Notes: a model not told the origin generated them from the letters alone. A stretch of DNA of 64,000 bases from Bdellovibrionota bacterium (GCA_030584005.1 CP129486.1:435556-499555); one strand, 5' to 3'. Positions 30,304 to 41,889 are shown, counted from the stretch's first letter. Numbers and translations are program-made.

Positions 30304-31394
30304 CAACTATGTTTTTCTCCTGCGTGGCACTTTGTAAAGAAAAGATGGCAGTATGAACGGCTCTACAAGAGCTTGGAATTGTTCATACGATCGCCCAGAT
30401 ATATATATTTGGACTCCGTCTTTTTGATGACGCTCCTTGCAAATGAGCTTGAACTTTGTCTCCAGCGTTCGAATAGCGATCGCTATACTTTGTGCGTCGT
30501 AACCCTGTGTATTTAGTATGACGGTCTTTGAGTCCTTCGATTTGAGTGACCCATCATCCATATACCAGTACGCCAGAGCCCGTGGTGTTAACCATCGGTG
30601 TAGCAGTTTTGGAATCGACTTGTGTCGGCCCTTATAAAACTGCTGCGCATAAAAGCGGAAAGCTGCATGGCTATAAGTTTGAAACGTTAAGTTTGTGGAC
30701 TTACTGCCAGTACTGCTTTGTACTATTCGCTCGCGAGGGGGAGTTCTTACCCACTCCTTGAAAAGCTCATAGAGGTGATTCACGTAATCGGCATGAGCTG
30801 CCGACTGTTCTACCTTCACTCGAAAGATGTTTCCGCCTGGCCGACGCTCCAGATGGGCGTCACCGAGGAGAATTCCGACGAGTGTTTCGTGCTGAATCTC
30901 AGAGATTCGCAACGATCTTTTGAGCTCTTCAATTTGTTTTGAGCGCATCGATTAAAGTGCCGCGAGAGTTCTGACTAATAATGTCAGCTTTCAGTCGCCT
31001 GAAAGTTCAGACTGTATCACTCTCCAATGGTACTACTGTATACCATGGAGACTTGGCGTTCAGTCGTTGAGGGGAAATCGAAGCGCAACTTGAATCTTGC
31101 TCCGAAGTCTTCCCTGCTGATTGTCCGCACCAGTGCATTTTCACTGAATCATTTTTTAACCTTCCGAATCGTGGTGTTACCAGGTTCGGATAGTTGCTGA
31201 TTCAGTAGCACATGGATTCTAACCCTTTTTCAACCGAAGCAAGAGTGAGCTTCGATGATGAAGAGACGGAGTTTCCAGCATACAGCCAAATTTGCCTTAC
31301 ACGTTACCGTGTAAGCGCCCCTAATTTCATTCCACAGGTCATTTGATCTATGGAAAGTCAATTTATCAGGCGCGATAAATTGCTTATGCGGTCG
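30304..31394 (-). other. group-I-type intron in 23S rRNA at approx. E. coli position 2262 (beside P-loop)
   Basis: exon reads ...GGGGCGGTCGCCT | intron | CCCAAAGAGTACCGGAGG; upstream exon ends in U, intron ends in G; exon between the two introns is exactly 331 nt = E. coli 1932..2262. Confidence 0.75.
30307..30948 (-). CDS. double-motif LAGLIDADG homing endonuclease encoded in the 23S intron
   Basis: 213 aa; motifs LVGILLGDAHL and LAYWYMDDGSLK; stop codon 3 nt before the intron 3-prime end. Confidence 0.8.
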   Translation of the reverse strand: MRSKQIEELKRSLRISEIQHETLVGILLGDAHLERRPGGNIFRVKVEQSAAHADYVNHLYELFKEWVRTPPRERIVQSSTGSKSTNLTFQTYSHAAFRFYAQQFYKGRHKSIPKLLHRWLTPRALAYWYMDDGSLKSKDSKTVILNTQGYDAQSIAIAIRTLETKFKLICKERHQKDGVQIYISGRSYEQFQALVEPFILPSFLYKVPRRRKT

Positions 31395-31678
31395 AGGCGA
31401 CCGCCCCAGTCAAACTACCCACCACGCGCTGTCTTGGATGAGGATTACTCATCTCAGTTAGAGGTCAGAAACTGTAAGGGTGGTATTTCAAGGTTGACTC
31501 CATTAAGGCTAGCGCCCTAACTTCAAAGTCTCCCACCTATCCTACACATACAATTCCCGACATCAACGCGAAGGTATAGTAAAGGTGCACGGGGTCTTTT
31601 CGTCCTGCCGCGGCTACCCGGCTTTTTTACCGAGATATCAATTTCACTGAGTTCGTCGTCGAGACAATGGGGATGTCG

Positions 31679-31725
<47 letters not shown>

Positions 31726-32356
31726 CAGATCTCCTAATTTGTTTCCAATTTAGCTGGACTTTCTCTTTGCAATCCGCGGTTCATCTTTATTGCTATGGAG
31801 CGAATTTCTTCAATTCCATTTTTTCTTAAATGAACCCCACCTTCCATCAATAAGAGCACTGACTTGAATAATTCAAAATCAAGCTTCTTTTTTGATTGAA
31901 GTGGATGCTTACTGAAGAACGGGATAATTATTTCACGTAGGTGTTCTAATTTTCGAACTCGATAGGCTAGACGGTCTCCGTGATTCACCCGAACCACGCC
32001 ACAACCGAAAAAGCTTTTCAAGGCTTCTAATAATTGAACGTCTCGTTTGTGTTGGACGACTGTGAATTCAGGCAAGACCTGAACACCCAGCGTCATTTCC
32101 TTATGAGTATTAATACCCACATGGAAACAACCTTCTCCATCTACAAATCCTACAACCCAATCTGCATTAAGATTCATGGGACGCACCAAACGTAAAGTCT
32201 CTGAGGGTTCCCGGAACGACCCGGGCCTTCCCTGCTGATTGCCTCCCTGTCTGTTGGATTTTCACTGCCAGAACAAGTTCTGGCGAGTACCATACAGTTT
32301 TTGAAGGGTTTCCAGCATATGGTTTAGTTTTACTAAGGCTAGCGATTCTATCTTTA
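31726..32356 (-). other. group-I-type intron in 23S rRNA at E. coli position 1931
   Basis: exon ...CGGTCCTAAGGT | intron (631 nt, ends in G) | AGCGAAATTCCTTGTCGGG. Confidence 0.8.
31734..32189 (-). CDS. single-motif LAGLIDADG homing endonuclease (I-CreI-like size class) encoded in the 23S intron
   Basis: 151 aa; WVVGFVDGEGCF motif; stop 8 nt before intron 3-prime end. Confidence 0.8.
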   Translation of the reverse strand: MVRPMNLNADWVVGFVDGEGCFHVGINTHKEMTLGVQVLPEFTVVQHKRDVQLLEALKSFFGCGVVRVNHGDRLAYRVRKLEHLREIIIPFFSKHPLQSKKKLDFELFKSVLLLMEGGVHLRKNGIEEIRSIAIKMNRGLQRESPAKLETN

Positions 32357-32401
<45 letters not shown>

Positions 32402-32485
32402 GCTCATCGCTTCGCGTAAAGCTAACGATTCACCTTAACCTTCCGGCACCGGGCAGGCGTCAGACCCTATACTTCCTCTTACGAG

Positions 32486-32519
<34 letters not shown>

Positions 32520-34074
32520 AACCCCCTGCTCTCTGCAACCCTCAATAGCTTCAAAAAGTAAATTCTTTAACTATCGAAGGCCCACCTTCTCCCGAAGTTA
32601 CGGTGGCAGTGTGTTGAGTTCCTTGACGACGATTCTCTCAAGCGCTTTAGTATACTCTACTCGCCCACCTGTGTCGGTTTACGGTACGGGCAGTGCTGTA
32701 CTCACTTAGAGGCTTTTCTTGGAAGTGTGGGATCAATCAGTTCGCTCCGGGTTTCCCCTTTGCTCCCCATTACCTCTCGGAATATGCCAGAGCGGATTTG
32801 CCTACTCCAGCTTCCTACGGGCTTAGACCGCGAACCAACATGCGGCTGATCTACCCTCCTTCGTCCCCTCATCGCTAAAACGTACAACGCTGGCACGGGA
32901 ATATTAACCCGTTTTCCATCGACTACGCCTTTCGGCCTCGCCTTAGGACCCGGCTTACCCTGGTAGGATTACCCTAGCCCAGGAACCCTTGGGCTCACAG
33001 CGGAAGAGTTTTTCACTCTTCTTATCGTTACTCATACCGGCATACTCACTTGTCTGAACTCCACGCGTCCTTACGGTCACGCTTCAATGCACAGACAACG
33101 CTCCTCTACCGCTCCTCAGGTCCGAAGACCTGTTAAACCCGTAGCTTCGGTACAATGCTTAGCCCCGTTAAATTTTCCGCGCAGGAAAGCTTGACTAGTG
33201 AGCTGTTACGCTTTCTTTAAAGGATGGCTGCTTCTAAGCCAACCTCCTAGTTGGCTTAGCTCTCCCACAACGTTTGCCACTTAGCATTGATTTTGGGACC
33301 TTAGCTGACGGTCTGGGATCTTTCCCTCTCGCGAACGGACCTTATCACCCGCCCACTGACTCCCGGATTCTGACTCTAACGGTATTCGGAGACTATCTGG
33401 ATTTGGTAGACTGGTAGGTCCCCTAGTCCAATCAGTGCTCTACCCCCGTTAGATATATTGTCCGAGGCTATACCTAAATATATTTCGAGGAGAACCAGCT
33501 ATCACCCGGCTTGTTTAGCCTTTCACTCCTACTCACAGCTCATCCGAGAAATTTTAAACTTTCACCGGTTCGGTCCTCCGCCAGGTGTTACCCTGGTTTC
33601 AACCTGTCCATGAGTAGATCGCACGGGTTTCGGGTCTACTCCGTGTAACTAGACGCCCTTTTAAGACTCGCTTTCGCTACGGCTACGCCTCACGGCTTAA
33701 CCTAACGCTACACAGAAGTAACTCGCCGGCTCATGATGCAAAAGGTACGCGGTCGCACGTTAAGTCCGAAGACTTCATAGTGCTTCCACTGCTTGTAGAT
33801 GTACGGTTTCAGGTCTATTTCACTCCCCTTTAGGGGCGCTTTTCACCTTTCCCTCACGGAACTAGTTCACTATCGGTCAGTAACGAGTATTTAGCCTTGG
33901 ATAATGGTCCACCCAGATTCCCACAAGATTCCTAGTGTCTCGTGGTACTCAGGAACGTACTCACAGCCTTTGTCGGTTTCGCTTACAGGGGTTTCACCTT
34001 CTGTGCCCTAGCTTTCCAACTAAGTTCAACTACCCACTCGGGTCTGCTTTATTGTACGCCCTACAACCCTCGAC

Positions 34075-34262
34075 GAGCATTTATGCTCGTCGAGCACGCC
34101 GGAGGCGATATGAAATACGCGTAGCGTAGTTCACGTCGCGGAGGCGGGCTCTCCTATGCATAAATGTTTCAGTCAACCTTCGCTTGCTCGCGCAAGCTCC
34201 GGCCGATCTCCTCGCATTTATGTTCGCTTCGAACATAAATGCTCGTCGAGTTTAGGCTCTTC
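34075..34262 (-). other. extra ~185-nt hairpin-rich insertion in 23S domain I (approx. E. coli position 270); candidate intervening sequence / expansion segment
   Basis: ends CTCGACGAGCATTTATG ... CATAAATGCTCGTCGAG are long inverted repeats; internal hairpins; absent from E. coli alignment. Confidence 0.5.
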
Positions 34263-34798
34263 CCTTTTCGCTCGCACTACTGGGGGAATCTCTTTTGATT
34301 TCTCTTCCTGCAGGTACTAAGATTTTTCAATTCCCTGCGTTGGCTTCCTTTCGGATGGTCATAAAGACCAGGTTTCCCTATTCAGAAATCTCCGGGTCAA
34401 AGTTTATTCGGCAACTCACCGGAGCTTATCGCAGCCATATCACGTCTTTCTTCGCCTGTTACTGCCGAGGCATCCACCGTACACCCTTAGTAGCTTAAAT
34501 ATTTCTTAATATCTGTCGCTACCGATTGATGTGCTTTCTATTCTACTACCGCAGAGCTTGCGCCCTGCGAGTCAATTCCGCCTCGTGGAAGTTTTTTGCG
34601 CGTCCACGAAGTTATCTCCAACAGGTGACACTTCACATGCTGAAGAACAAAAATTGACAAATCGCGCTCGAGAATGACGACTCAGTCAACTTATTCGTCT
34701 ACCCATATTCAATTGTAATCGCGACCTACTACTGCTCGGTCGCAAGCGGCCTTTTATGTTAGCCGCAAACAAATCTTCGACTCGTTGCCTGTGTTGAG

Positions 34799-34932
34799 CG
34801 TAATTGGAATCTTGGCAGAGCCAAGTTCCAATAGCTAACTCCCGGCGTAATTGGAATCTTGGCAGAGCCAAGTTCCAATAGCTAACTCCCGCTGTAATTG
34901 GAATCTTGGCAGAGCCAAGTTCCGATAGCTGG
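34799..34932. repeat. 3 x ~46-nt tandem repeat in the 16S-23S spacer, each unit with hairpin GGAATCTTGGCAGAGCCAAGTTCC
   Basis: GTAATTGGAATCTTGGCAGAGCCAAGTTCCAATAGCTAACTCCCG repeated three times (third unit diverged). Confidence 0.8.
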
Positions 34933-35347
34933 AAATGCCGCAACGGTCATCGATAGAAGCTGGTTTTGCTCAAGCGTAGCAGGATAGCGTGCTGTAACTA
35001 TCACCGTGTTTCCACAGTGAATCATCCAGCGTAATCAAAATATTGGCACGCCTACGTTTCGTAGAAACTACGGCGCGTAGACTCCGCCAATTTTTGATAG
35101 CTAAAAAACTGAGCTCAGGGAGTAATACTATCTTCGTCATGTAAGCGTCTTGCGACGCTATCTCGTAAAAGGTGGATCTTACCTGAGGATCCGAGATTGT
35201 TTGTCGTTTCCGTTTCGTCCAACAGAAGCAAAAAGCTCTGTCTTTCTAACGGTATCCTGATTCATGTCCAGCTTTGCTGTTTATGAATCCAATCCATTCT
35301 GAAGCCCGATGTTGATCTTTCGATCGCACGGAACTTGAGGACTCCTT

Positions 35348-36865
<1,518 letters not shown>

Positions 36866-37413
36866 GAAAAATCTGCTACGCAATTCGCTGTCTTAGGTAA
36901 ATCAACCAAGACAGCAGGTTCTTTCACGACACACAGTCGGAAAGGACCTACGTATAATCATTCTCACACCCAACGAGAATCATCTGACTTTTGGAAGGTC
37001 GATTTATCGTTCTGCGCATCCAACTAAGCAGGGGCTCAGTTTTCAGTTATCGCATGCGATAATCGACTCTACATCCTCAGTCAGTGACGGCTACTTATCG
37101 TAGCCTTCACGACGAAGACGCGTCACTCTATCTGGCCGCTCAGTTTCCTGAGCAACTCCAGCTTCTACCCATAACCGTTGTTTTGACGCGTAAAACAGCA
37201 GTCGTGTCAACCGCTTGTTATCGCCAGGCGCCGGCCACAGCTGTGGCACGGCAGACATCGCATTTCTAATGATTCCCGGTGAAAAGTCAAGCAAAGCTCC
37301 TTCACTTTTCGAAGCTAATACTTTGATTTCACTTGGGGGGAAATCTGCGAGCGAGTCGGAGAGATTAGGTTAGTTGACCCCTAGGTGTCAAGCGGGACAA
37401 ACAAATAAATATT

Positions 37414-37629
37414 TTATTGGATCTGATCGACTAGTAGTTCAAGTCGCTTTAAGCAACTACTAAGGTACTCAATCCTCCTTGAGGGATCGCGATTGGCCCT
37501 GGAATCGATCTGTAGAAGTTCGATGCCAGTCTGGAGAGCCGTGCCGATGTTCCTCAATTCATGGACGAGCCAGCGCTTATCGTCTTCGGACTGAAATGAG
37601 AGCTGTCGCTTTTCCTCACTGTTGCTCAT
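37414..37629 (-). CDS. 71-aa ORF with histidine-kinase H-box-like motif (HELRNIGTAL..GIELL); stand-alone HisKA-like fragment
   Basis: WLVHELRNIGTALQTGIELLQ resembles the HisKA phosphoacceptor helix; no ATPase domain; adjacent to rRNA operon upstream region. Confidence 0.3.
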   Translation of the reverse strand: MSNSEEKRQLSFQSEDDKRWLVHELRNIGTALQTGIELLQIDSRANRDPSRRIEYLSSCLKRLELLVDQIQ

Positions 37630-37772
37630 AGCCTCTACCTACATCTTCACCAATCGCAGTTTCGGCACCACGACATCTTTTGAGCGCCAATGCCTTTCGT
37701 TAGGGATACGCTAAATACGTTCAGTGTACTCTAAGAAACCAGGCTGGCCTTTCAGCCCATCCTCTGCTTTCC

Positions 37773-38963
37773 TTGATACCCATGCAACCCGCAGTGATGA
37801 TTTCTTCAGGTGAACTCTCCGGCGAACAGTATGGCGCCGATGTCGCGCGAGCGCTGCGTCGCGCACACCCCGATGTGCATCTGCTGGGCATGGGAGGCGG
37901 CGCCATGCGCAACGCAGAAGTTCAGCTCCTTGTTGATTGCCAATCACATGGGTCAGTAATGGGGTTTTTAGAAGCCGTCCCTTCCCTTATGAAGATTCGC
38001 GCTGCATATCGGAAGTTGGTGAACGCTCTTGACGTCGACAAGCCGGCCCTATTGATCCTCATTGACTATCCGGAATTCAATCTAAGGTTGGCCCGGGCGG
38101 CCAAGCAGCGCGGCATCAAGGTGCTCTATTACATAACTCCCAAACTCTGGGCATGGCGTGCGAGGAGGGTAAAATGGTTTCAGCGCTACGTTGATCGAGC
38201 GGCAGTGATCTTTCCATTTGAAGCACAGTGGTTTTCATCACATGGATGGAATAGCGCCGAATTCGTGGGACATCCGCTGGTTGATTCGATACCCGAGCGG
38301 CGTCTGGAAAGCCGAGAGCGCGATGAGTATCTTACCTCGCTTTCGCTTGACTCGGCCAAGCCGGTACTGGCCGTGTTTCCCGGGAGCCGTTCACAGGAGA
38401 TAGCACGCCACGTCCAGCCGCTCAGTGAGGCACTTGCGCTTCTTCATCACCAAGATCCGGATATCCAGCCAGTCGTTTGTCGTGCGCCCTCAGTTCCCGC
38501 ACGATCACTCGAATGCTTTGCTGGAGTTCCGGGAACTCGCGTCGTGGAGACTGCGCCGGTTACTTTGATGCGCAGCGCGGATGCTGGGCTGCTTAAGTCA
38601 GGTACGACCAATCTTCAGGCAGCGCTAGCGGGACTGCCATTTTCAATGTTTTATAAAGCCTCCGCCACATCGGCATGGATCGTGCGAAACTTCGTGTCGA
38701 TTCGGGAGTACTCAATTGTCAATCTGGTCCGACCAGGCGCGGTACGGGAGATTGTGCAGGAGCAGGTGACCGCAGAAGTACTGTGCACGGAGGCAATCCG
38801 ACTGATTCGGGATGCAGCGTATAGGGAGAGAGTACAACAGAATCTAGCTGGACTTAGGGAGGCGCTTTCGTTGAAAAATTCGGAGCACACGGGAATCAAA
38901 ACAGACGTACCAACGCGCGTCGCCAAGATTGCCATTTCCCTTCTCGGTGAGGGGACGCAGTGA
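37773..38963 (+). CDS. lpxB: lipid-A-disaccharide synthase
   Basis: 396 aa; N-terminal ISSGELSGEQYGA.. and central LpxB blocks. Confidence 0.85.
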   Translation: MIPMQPAVMISSGELSGEQYGADVARALRRAHPDVHLLGMGGGAMRNAEVQLLVDCQSHGSVMGFLEAVPSLMKIRAAYRKLVNALDVDKPALLILIDYPEFNLRLARAAKQRGIKVLYYITPKLWAWRARRVKWFQRYVDRAAVIFPFEAQWFSSHGWNSAEFVGHPLVDSIPERRLESRERDEYLTSLSLDSAKPVLAVFPGSRSQEIARHVQPLSEALALLHHQDPDIQPVVCRAPSVPARSLECFAGVPGTRVVETAPVTLMRSADAGLLKSGTTNLQAALAGLPFSMFYKASATSAWIVRNFVSIREYSIVNLVRPGAVREIVQEQVTAEVLCTEAIRLIRDAAYRERVQQNLAGLREALSLKNSEHTGIKTDVPTRVAKIAISLLGEGTQ

Positions 38964-39502
38964 TCATCGGTTCACAAGCAGATCGTCTAGTGACTGTCGC
39001 ACTCGGTGGAAATGTTGGGGATAGGCTAAAAACCCTGCGCTCAGCCGTGGATGGGCTCAGTAAACTCGGCGCCATGGAGCGAGTATCCCCCACTTACGAG
39101 ACCATCGCGCTGACCGCTCCGGGTATGTACTCTCCTGATGCACCGCGATTTCTCAACGCCGTGATACAGCTTCGCACAGTTCACTCCCCACCCGAGCTGC
39201 TTTCAGTACTCCTTGATATCGAACGGTATCATCAGAGGAGCAGGGACCCAAAGCAGCGCTGGGGCCCCCGAACACTTGATCTCGATATAATCGCCATTGA
39301 GGATGTAGTAGTAGAGCTGAGTGAACTCACGATCCCACATCCGGAAATGCACAGGAGGAGCTTTGTCCTCTGTCCGCTGTGCGACATCGATCCGGATTGG
39401 GTGCATCCGTTGTTAAAGAGGAGCGCACGCGAACTGCTGGCCGACCTTCCCCGCGAGGAGTTCCCTCCATATCGGATTCAAGACTCAATCGAGGCGCCTT
39501 GA
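38960..39502 (+). CDS. folK: 2-amino-4-hydroxy-6-hydroxymethyldihydropteridine pyrophosphokinase (HPPK)
   Basis: VTVALGGNVGDR...RWGPRTLDLDII HPPK motifs; start overlaps lpxB stop. Confidence 0.85.
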   Translation: MIIGSQADRLVTVALGGNVGDRLKTLRSAVDGLSKLGAMERVSPTYETIALTAPGMYSPDAPRFLNAVIQLRTVHSPPELLSVLLDIERYHQRSRDPKQRWGPRTLDLDIIAIEDVVVELSELTIPHPEMHRRSFVLCPLCDIDPDWVHPLLKRSARELLADLPREEFPPYRIQDSIEAP

Positions 39503-39846
39503 GATCGTCAGCGGTACAATTCAGACCAGCGTGCGCTGCTGTCAGACACCAGCCATTTGCTCAGCGTCATCGAACTCATTCGCTGTACTGCCGGAGAGAC
39601 CTGCCGCACCAGCGGGTCTACATTGATCGCACCTCCGTCGCCACCGTGCCCGAAGTGACGGAGCGCAACAAAAAGTGTGACAGGTCCCCTGGCGCACCTT
39701 TTTGACTAAGCGCGGAGGAGAATCGTTAGGCGAGCAGGCACTCTCTGTGAGCCACTACCACTTATCTTGGAAGCGCCTCTGGCTCCCCTGCACTTAATCA
39801 CACAAACGCACCAAACAAGTTGAGCGAAGGAAGGTAGAGCTGAAAC

Positions 39847-41053
39847 CGGCCGGGGGGAGCGTATATGACGCCCACCCCCGGCCGGGTATCGAGACCTTTT
39901 GGCGGAACCTCCACTCGGCTTACGGAGGAGGGATTCTAGCGGTGCTAAGCGCCTTGGGCTTGCACTTGCAGCGCCGACGACTCTTCACGCAGAGGGCGAC
40001 CATGGCCGCAGTACAGAACGTGTGCGGCTCTGGGACGGCAAGCGTCTCCACCCGCACCGCTGCATTGGTTCCCCATGTAAAGACGGGGTGCTGACTCAGC
40101 AACTCCGGCGGTCCAAACGGACCGACGTCCGAAGCCCACCAGTCCTCAAGGCCAGAGCCCGACATGCGCGGGGCAAAGTACGGAATCACTCCCGGCATAA
40201 TCTCCTGACCGTCGATTGACAGGGAGATCACATGCTGGGCGCCCGCTGTGGTGAGCCAGTTGTAGTCACGCACATCGATGGTGATCAGGTAGAGGTTGTG
40301 GTTGATGCCCGGCTCGTCGAGGTTGGTTGAGGTGCCGATAACATCCTGCCAGCCGGGGTTGACGATGTCTGAAGTATCGAACTCCTGGAAGTAGTTGGGG
40401 TTCTGTGGATCCCAACAAAACGGGTCATCGATGTAGGAGGTGACATCAGGGTGGAACCCCGCCCGAATGGTGAAGTCACCCTCCTCAGCCGGATGGTTCG
40501 GCGTGTAGTCACCGTAGTCGAGGGACATGACGAAGGAGATCTGACTCACCTTCTGGCCGTTGCCCGGGATGGTGAGGCCCAGACTCGCCTTCCCACTGGG
40601 GTCATAGCCCGCGGAGATGCGGTGGTACGGGATTTCACCCGTAAACTGGTTGAGGTTGTCCTTGATGATGTCAGCGTGGGCGGACTGTCCCATGATGACA
40701 GTGAGGATGAGGGTCCCCACGAGGCCCATGACGCTGTTGATGGTACGCATTCCTTCGCTCCTGTGAATTGAAACCGCGATGCTGCTCTTCCTTGTCATCC
40801 GGGTACGCCCCGGTTGATCTACTGGCAGTGAGTCCCGCGCTTAACATAAGCCCACGACTCACTGCCACAAAAAACAGCGTGAAACCTTAAGAACTCTTTA
40901 GTTCCTTCGCACGACTTCTTTGGAATTCGTGCATGCGGCTTCTACCAATTCCCTGGCGACCTGATAATGAACCTTTCAAGGCCACAAGGCTACCACCACG
41001 CTCTCCTTTAGTCACGCGCACTTACGACCGATACAAAGAGCGGAGGCTCCGAG
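39847..41053. repeat. 1.2-kb direct repeat, copy A (carries intact PEP-CTERM gene)
   Basis: ~97% identical to 45199..46406 over ~1207 bp. Confidence 0.85.
39920..40798 (-). CDS. secreted protein with PEP-CTERM-type C-terminal sorting signal
   Basis: signal peptide MRTINSVMGLVGTLILTVIMGQSAHA; C-terminus ...AVPEP-HTFCTAAMVALCV-KSRRRCK. Confidence 0.65.
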   Translation of the reverse strand: MTRKSSIAVSIHRSEGMRTINSVMGLVGTLILTVIMGQSAHADIIKDNLNQFTGEIPYHRISAGYDPSGKASLGLTIPGNGQKVSQISFVMSLDYGDYTPNHPAEEGDFTIRAGFHPDVTSYIDDPFCWDPQNPNYFQEFDTSDIVNPGWQDVIGTSTNLDEPGINHNLYLITIDVRDYNWLTTAGAQHVISLSIDGQEIMPGVIPYFAPRMSGSGLEDWWASDVGPFGPPELLSQHPVFTWGTNAAVRVETLAVPEPHTFCTAAMVALCVKSRRRCKCKPKALSTARIPPP

Positions 41054-41200
41054 AGAAGGAGTAAAGGTGAATCAAGATCTCGACAGCCGAGAAGGAGAGT
41101 TGGTTATAGGTCGTGCACCTCGAATCCCAAACCAACAGCCCCGCCGAGACAAGTACAAGCACGAGTCCAAGAAAACCTCTCGTCCGCTTCGCAACTTTCG

Positions 41201-41854
41201 TCAGGTCAAATCCGCATATTTTTGCGTCACGCAAATACCTTGTACTGCTCTATCCCCCGCCAAGTCGGGAGAATGCGTCAGATCTGAGCCGAGAGCAGAA
41301 AGGAGCGCCGATGAAAGGTCAGTCGATGAGATGACCTCCTCGTCAATCGATACTCTGATAAGAGCCGGATGCAAAGTGGCTGGATTAAACGCTACGGACT
41401 GCGGTCCTGGCATTCTACCTTCAGGATTATTACGTAGGAATAAACGGCGTGCGAAACAAAGCCCGTCCGTGGTCACTCCAAACATGTCTGTCAGCCAGAG
41501 AGGTTGCTTTGCAATGGCAAGGTCAAGCGAGCGTGCAAGACACCTGCCTTGTCCCTGCAAAGTAGGAGAAGGCAGGCCCTGTAAGTGCGCATGTAGAGCT
41601 CGCACAGAAAGAACGACCAAAGCTTTCACAGCATTGGTCCAATGGAATGTGCCACATCCCGCATGCACCCCGGCTGTCTTTCCCCTCACACACTGGAGCG
41701 TGCCTACTAGTGGGTGCTGGAAGAGCGTGGAGGATAATTCCGGCTTTGCTCTGTCATACAAGCGGAGATCAAGTAGGGTCATAACATGATTCTGGTAATT
41801 ACCCACGCCATCTGGTGAGCTATGTTCATGGTCACTTTTTATGACTATACGCAA
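41201..41854 (-). CDS. possible hypothetical protein downstream of the XRE-like gene
   Basis: 217-aa ORF co-directional with operon; overlaps a competing plus-strand ORF; weak. Confidence 0.25.
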   Translation of the reverse strand: MRIVIKSDHEHSSPDGVGNYQNHVMTLLDLRLYDRAKPELSSTLFQHPLVGTLQCVRGKTAGVHAGCGTFHWTNAVKALVVLSVRALHAHLQGLPSPTLQGQGRCLARSLDLAIAKQPLWLTDMFGVTTDGLCFARRLFLRNNPEGRMPGPQSVAFNPATLHPALIRVSIDEEVISSTDLSSALLSALGSDLTHSPDLAGDRAVQGICVTQKYADLT

Positions 41855-41889
41855 GACGGGTCAACAAGAATCGCTGCTATGGTCATGCA

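Noticed and set aside
34499-35347. Looked for tRNA-Ile/tRNA-Ala in the 16S-23S spacer
   Set aside because: No acceptor/T-arm cloverleaf found by eye; the spacer instead holds the 46-nt tandem repeat. A tRNAscan run is still advisable.
41067-41789. 240-aa plus-strand ORF in the island
   Set aside because: Arg/Ser/Cys/Pro-rich low-complexity composition typical of an off-frame translation of GC-rich DNA; it competes with a more gene-like minus-strand ORF and has no motif.
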